Shown here one piece after another: positions 27,248 to 32,320 of a stretch of 32,320 bases of DNA. The notes beneath the pieces are model-generated. The model was not told where the DNA came from and did not search any database. It saw only the letters and a list, made by a program, of their open reading frames with translations. The translations under genes were made by a program, and so were the position numbers. Position 1 is the stretch's first letter; every line of letters starts with the position of its first letter. Source of the DNA: a virus (taxonomy: Duplodnaviria > Caudoviricetes); the IMG/VR virus record IMGVR_UViG_3300034084_000079, positions 1-32,320 of that record. One strand, 5' to 3'.

Positions 27248-27811
27248 ATGATCAACGAAACATTATTAAAGGAGATCGCTAAAGCGAATGGAATAGAGTC
27301 ATCAGCATTGAAGGCTTTTATTCAGGTAGAAACCGGAGGGATTGGATTTGCAAAGGACACAGGCAAACTAATCATTCAATTTGAGCCTGCATGGTTTAAA
27401 AAGAAAGCGCCTTATGCCCCATCTGGTGCTTGGACAGTCAATAAAGTAGATCGCCAGAATCAGGAGTGGATCGCCTTCAACGATGCTTTCAAAAAGAATC
27501 CAAATGCCGCAATGGAATCATGCAGTATAGGTATTGGTCAAATAATGGGATTCCACTTCAAAACTTTGGGCTATAAGACAGTCGGGGAGATGTGGGATGA
27601 TGCTAAGCGAGGCGAATACCAGCAGGTGCTGCAAATGGTTCGCTTCATAAAATCAAAACCTCTTCTTTTTAATTCACTTAAGGTGAAAGACTGGCATCTG
27701 GTAGCCACTTACTACAACGGATCAGAGTACAGAGATCTTGCAAAGAAATATGGCCGTGAACCTTATGATGTGAGTATGGCAAAGGCTTACCAAAAATACC
27801 AATCAGCATGA
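27248..27811 (+). CDS. Endolysin, N-acetylmuramidase (DUF3380-like)
   Basis: VETGG.GF, IQFEPAWF, SIGIGQIMGFHF and YYNG...YD motifs. Confidence 0.9.
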   Translation: MINETLLKEIAKANGIESSALKAFIQVETGGIGFAKDTGKLIIQFEPAWFKKKAPYAPSGAWTVNKVDRQNQEWIAFNDAFKKNPNAAMESCSIGIGQIMGFHFKTLGYKTVGEMWDDAKRGEYQQVLQMVRFIKSKPLLFNSLKVKDWHLVATYYNGSEYRDLAKKYGREPYDVSMAKAYQKYQSA

Positions 27812-28347
27812 AAGCACTATTAGCAAAACTGATCCTACTAACCTATGGAGATGCTGATCTGGCAGACCGGGTAAGATATTTCACCGAGATTATTATCAAG
27901 GTTGCTCCGGTTGCCTTTGTGTTGAATTTAGTCAATTGGTGGTTCACAGAAAATCAGCAGTTCGGAACCTTCATGTGTATTGCCCTGCTCATCAATATGG
28001 GGGTGGGGGTGTACTATCACTTCAAAAAAGGAACATTCCAGTTCAAACCGTTCATATTTAAAAATCTCGAAATGTGCTTTGTGGTCGTGGTAGTTTACAT
28101 GATGCTCGAGATGCTCCGCTATACTGCCGGAGATAACTTGGCCGGTGAGATCTTCAGAATCCTTATCCAAATTACCACTTTATTGTACCCTACATCTAAA
28201 GTCCTGAAAAACGTGTTCATTATAACAAAGGGTAAATACCCTCCAAAGTTCATCATGGACAAGCTCTACAACTTTGAGAAGAACGGCGACTTGAAAGATT
28301 TTTTTAAAACAAGTAAGGAGGGAGTCACAGAGGATCAGCAGGGCTAA
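27808..28347 (+). CDS. Probable holin
   Basis: Several hydrophobic segments and a charged C-terminus; ATGA overlap with the endolysin. Confidence 0.7.
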   Translation: MKALLAKLILLTYGDADLADRVRYFTEIIIKVAPVAFVLNLVNWWFTENQQFGTFMCIALLINMGVGVYYHFKKGTFQFKPFIFKNLEMCFVVVVVYMMLEMLRYTAGDNLAGEIFRILIQITTLLYPTSKVLKNVFIITKGKYPPKFIMDKLYNFEKNGDLKDFFKTSKEGVTEDQQG

Positions 28348-28377
28348 CCTTATACAACCTTATACAAAATAACAATC

Positions 28378-28884
28378 ATGAAAAAACAATTATTGTTACT
28401 ACTGATCATTGCCATGTGTTTGATCAGCTGCAAAAACAGAAAGCTGGCCATTGATCAGCAAAGCACCAAAGTTAAAACCGAGCAGAAAGAGAATATCCAG
28501 ACACGAACTGAATCCACTGGAACAAATCAGGAGAAAGAAACCTCATCAGAAAAGATCAGTGACCAATCCGGAACCTGGATCTGGGAAGAGTGGTACAGAA
28601 AAGACCTTGAATCAGACACAATCAATCCGGTGAAAGGGTTGATCTATAAGCGCACCACATATATAAAGAATGATATTACCACTGACCGGTTAAAAACCAA
28701 TGAAGCGATTGAAAATCATTCTGAGATAAAAGATAGCACCGTACTGAAGGAATCGATCACTGAAACAAAATCAGAGTCCAGAACAAAAAATCTGGAAGCT
28801 GAGAAAAGCAACAGCTGGATTTACGGTCTGGCTGTGATCATCATTCTGATAGGGGCGGTATTGTTTGCTTTGAAGAGGAGTTAG
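28378..28884 (+). CDS. Lipoprotein with C-terminal TM helix; probable unimolecular spanin
   Basis: Lipobox LISC after a hydrophobic leader; C-terminal WIYGLAVIIILIGAVLFAL-KRS; last gene of the lysis cassette. Confidence 0.72.
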   Translation: MKKQLLLLLIIAMCLISCKNRKLAIDQQSTKVKTEQKENIQTRTESTGTNQEKETSSEKISDQSGTWIWEEWYRKDLESDTINPVKGLIYKRTTYIKNDITTDRLKTNEAIENHSEIKDSTVLKESITETKSESRTKNLEAEKSNSWIYGLAVIIILIGAVLFALKRS

Positions 28885-29153
28885 CTCCTCTTTGGTCCTT
28901 TTGGCAGTGGCATCCAGTGGGTAATACCGTTCTGTCCAACTAAGTGCCCCTTGTAATAAGCACTCCACTCATACTCTTTTGAAGCGTCGTAAGACCCTAC
29001 TAATATTTTTTCGTGCATTTGGTGATACAATAAAACATCTTCACCGCGATCTGGTAACTTCTCAGAAACTGGAATCCAAGGATCAATAATCCGATTAAGT
29101 GTATCTATAGATATCGGACCAGCTTTTAAATAACCTGCAGAATCATTGCTCAT
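28881..29153 (-). CDS. DUF551-like protein
   Basis: WIPVSEKLP...VLL...ITHWMPLP signature. Confidence 0.85.
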   Translation of the reverse strand: MSNDSAGYLKAGPISIDTLNRIIDPWIPVSEKLPDRGEDVLLYHQMHEKILVGSYDASKEYEWSAYYKGHLVGQNGITHWMPLPKGPKRS

Positions 29154-29185
29154 AGTCTGTGATTTTGAATTTAATCATTATCAAA

Positions 29186-29374
29186 TCATTTAACTGATTC
29201 ATCCGACCTCTCGATCAGTTCACTAACAAAAGCACCTCGCTGCATGCGGGGTAGTTTCTCAATGATCTGTCTTGCCTTTATTGAGATCCGGACATTCAGG
29301 AAGGCATCATTGGTTTTGTCCTTTTTAGGACGGCCTGCACGGGGTAGTGCCCCGGTAAGTTTATTCTTTCTCAT
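29186..29374 (-). CDS. Small DNA-binding protein (GRPKK motif plus ribbon-helix-helix-like segment)
   Basis: RAGRPKKDK...LNVRIS...RGAFVSELIE. Confidence 0.65.
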   Translation of the reverse strand: MRKNKLTGALPRAGRPKKDKTNDAFLNVRISIKARQIIEKLPRMQRGAFVSELIERSDESVK

Positions 29375-29699
29375 TGTCTACAAGGTCTTTCAGTGTTGAA
29401 TGATACCAGTCAGCACACCGGCGCAAAAGTTTAGCCAGTCTATCGGCCTGCTCTTGGGTACTAAGATCAGGTTTGTATGGATTATCCCAGAATTCAATTA
29501 CACCAATCACTGCTGATAGATGCTTATAATCTGTTTTTCCACCAACGGTAAAATGCCTTTGAAAATCCATTATCTCACCTTCATCGTCACTAATCAGAAG
29601 TTTAGCAATGAACCTGGGTGACTGTGTGTGCAAAATGTAAAGGTCATCAGGTGAACCGTTTGGGTTTACACACTCTAAAAATTTAGGATATTTTGCCAT
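29361..29699 (-). CDS. Hypothetical protein (112 aa)
   Basis: YPKFL...YILHTQSPRF; overlaps the downstream DNA-binding gene. Confidence 0.75.
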   Translation of the reverse strand: MAKYPKFLECVNPNGSPDDLYILHTQSPRFIAKLLISDDEGEIMDFQRHFTVGGKTDYKHLSAVIGVIEFWDNPYKPDLSTQEQADRLAKLLRRCADWYHSTLKDLVDNEKE

Positions 29700-29707
29700 C
29701 GAAGTTG

Positions 29708-29723
29708 AGCCCCCGAAGGGGCT
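29708..29723 (-). other. Stable C(UUCG)G hairpin between two co-oriented genes
   Basis: Minus strand reads AGCCCC-TTCG-GGGGCT; no U tract follows. Confidence 0.6.
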
Positions 29724-29734
29724 TGGTTAATAAA

Positions 29735-30370
29735 TTAAACGATCTGCATATTAACATGAGTACCGCCATTGTAAGATGGTACTGTGTACACTTTTACGGG
29801 GCTATCTTCAAATTCATAGTAATCTCTTAAAAAGAGATCGCCACATGAACCGTCACACTTTAGAGTGACGTGGTATTCAGGTATGCTTTCAAAGATTTCT
29901 TTTACTTTTTTTGACCATAGATCAGGGTTTACCAAGTAAGGGCATGAATCGTGATAGCCGCCTTTTATTGATGCCAATACATTACCATACTTATCAAAAG
30001 CGACTCGGTAAACGCCAGCGCTGAAGTATTGGCCGTCTGTGTTAGTTTCAGAGTATTTACCGAATTTAATTTCAGATTTAAGTCTCTCAGATATGCTATC
30101 ATTAGCTTGTTTAATATCTTGTCTCATCTTCTTATCTTCAAGCGTTCTAAGCTTCTCTACCTTGTCTTTTAGGTCGGCTGATACACAGATATAAGTATTA
30201 AGGTAATGGGTGCGACTTACTACTTCTAATATACAGCAGTCTGAAGTATCTGCATGATTTGTACCGAAATAGCCACCGCGACGGCGGTAAGAAGTGTCTT
30301 TTCTTTCAAAAGATTGCGCATAAAGCTCTGATTTAAGGCTTGAGATTTGTTCTTTAATAGTCTTTTTCAT
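29735..30370 (-). CDS. Hypothetical protein (211 aa from MKKTIKEQ; upstream in-frame ATGs possible)
   Basis: ORF track. ATG 30370 follows an A-rich leader and lies downstream of the predicted promoter. Confidence 0.7.
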   Translation of the reverse strand: MKKTIKEQISSLKSELYAQSFERKDTSYRRRGGYFGTNHADTSDCCILEVVSRTHYLNTYICVSADLKDKVEKLRTLEDKKMRQDIKQANDSISERLKSEIKFGKYSETNTDGQYFSAGVYRVAFDKYGNVLASIKGGYHDSCPYLVNPDLWSKKVKEIFESIPEYHVTLKCDGSCGDLFLRDYYEFEDSPVKVYTVPSYNGGTHVNMQIV

Positions 30371-30439
30371 GATGTTTTGCCCGTTTTGGTCAGCTGGCTC
30401 TGCTGGGTATTGCTCAGGCACCATTGCCGTTTGCATATT

Positions 30440-30470
30440 CAAATATAAGAATAATATATATATTGTCAAG
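30440..30470 (-). promoter_or_regulatory. Bacteroidota sigma-A-type promoter (TTG ... TATATTTG)
   Basis: Minus strand CTTGACAATATATATATTATTCTTATATTTG: TTG, 19-nt spacer, TAnnTTTG. Confidence 0.7.
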
Positions 30471-30497
30471 TATTATTTTAAAATATTTTATTTTTTT

Positions 30498-30716
30498 TTA
30501 CATATAATGGCTTTCAATAGCATCACCAACCTGCTCAACCTCTTCAGCACTCAGGTCACCTTCAATCTGTTCCCATGCTTCTCCATTATGACGGATATGA
30601 GAGATTTTATCACCTCCTCTTTCTATAGAGTAAGAATTAAAGTCCATAATAACTCGTAACCCGATAATACTTTCCAATCTGTTTTTCGCTGGTTGTATTT
30701 TAAAATATTCTTCCAT
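30498..30716 (-). CDS. Hypothetical acidic protein (72 aa from MEEYFK)
   Basis: WEQIEGDLSAEEVEQVGDAIE; ATG 30716 preferred over the non-ATG start at 30731. Confidence 0.7.
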   Translation of the reverse strand: MEEYFKIQPAKNRLESIIGLRVIMDFNSYSIERGGDKISHIRHNGEAWEQIEGDLSAEEVEQVGDAIESHYM

Positions 30717-30737
30717 ACCTAAAGATAACACTGAAAA

Positions 30738-31067
30738 TTAAACTTTCCTACCTTTTGCCTTTAACTCAAAATATTGATCCACTCGCTCAATGAACTCGTT
30801 CAATTGCTGCTGTAATTCGGTCACGCGTTTTGATTTTTCAATGATTCCTCCTTTGGGATCACGGATCTTATACTTGGCTGCATTATCTCTTCCATGATGG
30901 ATAGATACCAATCCAGGGGTTTCCATAAATTCTTCTGGTGAATACCACTTATCATTCTCAGAATTGTAAATCCAGGCATTGGCAAAATAGGCATCTTTTG
31001 CAATGGACCGCTTTACTTCATAGGCCGGATCCCGTGTTTGTCTATTTTTCCATGAACTCAAACTCAT
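30738..31067 (-). CDS. Hypothetical protein (109 aa), probably SOS-regulated
   Basis: WIYNSENDKWYSPEEF; preceded by a TAnnTTTG element and a palindrome. Confidence 0.75.
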   Translation of the reverse strand: MSLSSWKNRQTRDPAYEVKRSIAKDAYFANAWIYNSENDKWYSPEEFMETPGLVSIHHGRDNAAKYKIRDPKGGIIEKSKRVTELQQQLNEFIERVDQYFELKAKGRKV

Positions 31068-31071
31068 GGAT

Positions 31072-31102
31072 CAAAGTTAAACAAATACTAATTTTATTAG
31101 TA
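31072..31102 (-). promoter_or_regulatory. Promoter (-7 TAACTTTG at 31079-31072) overlapped by palindrome TACTAA-N5-TTAGTA (31086-31102), candidate Bacteroidota SOS box
   Basis: Palindrome seen directly; matches the CTAA-N5-TTAG motif described for non-canonical Bacteroidota LexA-like repressors. Confidence 0.7.
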
Positions 31103-31117
31103 AATATTATAATGATG

Positions 31118-32320
31118 TTACCAGCTGACTGTTTTCCCTTTCAATCTGGTCTTTATGTGACCAACTAAATCGCGCTTATATTTATCATATGATGCAGTGT
31201 CACGGTGACCGGTTAGGTTCATGATCTCCGCATCACTATAACCAGCATTCAATAGGCTTACAACTCGGGTATGTTTCATTCCATACAAGGTGAAGTCCTT
31301 CGATAACCCAAGTTTTTCTTTTATCTCTTCCCTGAAAACCCTGCTAAAATAATTCTCACTATGCGTTGCAGAAGAAACCTCACCATTCTTTCCAATAACA
31401 TAATAATATGCCGGATAATCTTCCAAGCTCAAAGATTTAAGCATTTCTGCAAGTTCATCACATATAGGAACTGTTCGGCTTTTTGTCTTACCAACTATTT
31501 TAATATAACGTCCTGAAATATCAACATTTTCGATTTTCAATTGCCTGATCTCTTCAGGTCTCATACATGAATAATAAATAAACTTAGAGTAGAACAACAT
31601 TTTAGGAAATGGTGCCATTGCCTCTTTCACCTTATTGAATATAGTGTCACCAAAATATTGGTGCTTCATTGGCCGCGATTCTTTCTTTTCCAGTTCGCCA
31701 TCTTCACCAATATTAAAATCATCTCGGTTGATCCAATTACGAGGCTTTTTAGAAAACCAGTTCAAGAGTGTTACCCAGAAATTTAAGTAATTATTATAAG
31801 TGGTACCTGACCATCCGTAGGATCGCTGCATTTGAGCAAGCATACTTTTGATCAATGAGATATCTAATTTATTTATCCGGATATCTGCAATCTGGTTATC
31901 TATGAGCCAATTCTCAAAACCTGAAATAAATGTTTCATAGGCCTGAATGGTTTGGGGAGATAAGTTTTTATCACGCTTGACTTCTAAAAACTCTCGAAAT
32001 GCTTCAGTAAGTAATGGGGATTTGGGATTGTGTTTTGAATAATTAATTTTCTCTTTAGCCTCAATTTTTTTAACGACAGATCTCTCATAATCAAATGGAT
32101 TAAATCCATCAGAAAGTGCTTTGTTTATATTAATTACAAGTTCCGCAGCGTATGATTCTCTTTCTTCCAATGTTTTCTGACGATTGATGTCTTCGTAAAC
32201 TTTGAATCGCACCATTTTGCTTGTTTCCGGATTAAGGAAGAAGTAGTATACATGCCAGGCATCTTTAATGGTTCCGTTTGATCCTCTGTAAACTTTTGCT
32301 TTTCGGTAATGTAACGGCAT
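31118..32320 (-). CDS. int: Tyrosine recombinase / phage integrase
   Basis: Catalytic R (MRPEE), K (GKTK), HxR-like KHTR, GH and Y (YDKY); N-terminal arm-binding and SAM-like regions. Confidence 0.93.
   Translation of the reverse strand: MPLHYRKAKVYRGSNGTIKDAWHVYYFFLNPETSKMVRFKVYEDINRQKTLEERESYAAELVININKALSDGFNPFDYERSVVKKIEAKEKINYSKHNPKSPLLTEAFREFLEVKRDKNLSPQTIQAYETFISGFENWLIDNQIADIRINKLDISLIKSMLAQMQRSYGWSGTTYNNYLNFWVTLLNWFSKKPRNWINRDDFNIGEDGELEKKESRPMKHQYFGDTIFNKVKEAMAPFPKMLFYSKFIYYSCMRPEEIRQLKIENVDISGRYIKIVGKTKSRTVPICDELAEMLKSLSLEDYPAYYYVIGKNGEVSSATHSENYFSRVFREEIKEKLGLSKDFTLYGMKHTRVVSLLNAGYSDAEIMNLTGHRDTASYDKYKRDLVGHIKTRLKGKTVSW

Larger units (their letters stand above)
1..32320. mobile_element. 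Temperate siphovirus-type phage/prophage, partial (packaging, head, tail, lysis, integrase)
   Basis: Canonical gene order terS-terL-portal-head-neck-tail tube-chaperone-tape measure-Dit-hub-fibre-lysis, plus a tyrosine integrase. No tail sheath gene seen. Confidence 0.96.

Noticed and set aside
28346-28367. Tandem 10-bp duplication AACCTTATAC x2 after the holin gene
   Set aside because: Only two copies; most simply a slippage duplication, not a CRISPR or iteron array.
1-32320. Genome-wide stop codon reassignment suggested by the in-frame TAA at 21251
   Set aside because: Most genes end properly at TAA, and TGA and TAG are also used as stops; coding density is high under the standard code.
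1-32320. Impression that CCGG and GATC are frequent for an AT-rich genome
   Set aside because: Not counted; may reflect codon usage. It needs an observed/expected k-mer analysis before any link to DNA modification.

Overview
The window is part of a temperate long-tailed (siphovirus-type) phage or prophage. A Bacteroidota host, probably Sphingobacteriaceae/Pedobacter-like, is inferred from the TAnnTTTG promoters and the protein families. Left end: an initiator-type tRNA-Met(CAU), a small putative regulator divergent from a DUF932-like gene, and an accessory module (ASCH protein, unannotated 32-aa Arg-rich peptide, PAPS-reductase-like PP-loop ATPase, ParB-like protein) directly upstream of the terminase. 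Middle: a complete morphogenesis region with TerS/TerL, SPP1-like portal, head morphogenesis protein, scaffold, decoration protein, capsid, neck proteins, tail tube, frameshifted tail chaperone, tape measure, Dit, tail hub, tail fibre with S74 chaperone and putative adhesins. Right end: lysis genes (muramidase, holin, probable unimolecular spanin), a minus-strand accessory block with a probable SOS box, and a tyrosine integrase. No replication genes or att sites are visible, so the element extends beyond the window. The most interesting signals are (1) the hairpin-flanked peptide/PP-loop/ParB/ASCH module, (2) a CxxCxGxG-CxxC zinc-finger motif hidden in the -1 frame of the tail chaperone, (3) a single in-frame TAA splitting the tail hub from the fibre, and (4) an atypical initiator tRNA. 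All functional calls come from motif recognition and synteny; no database searches were run.
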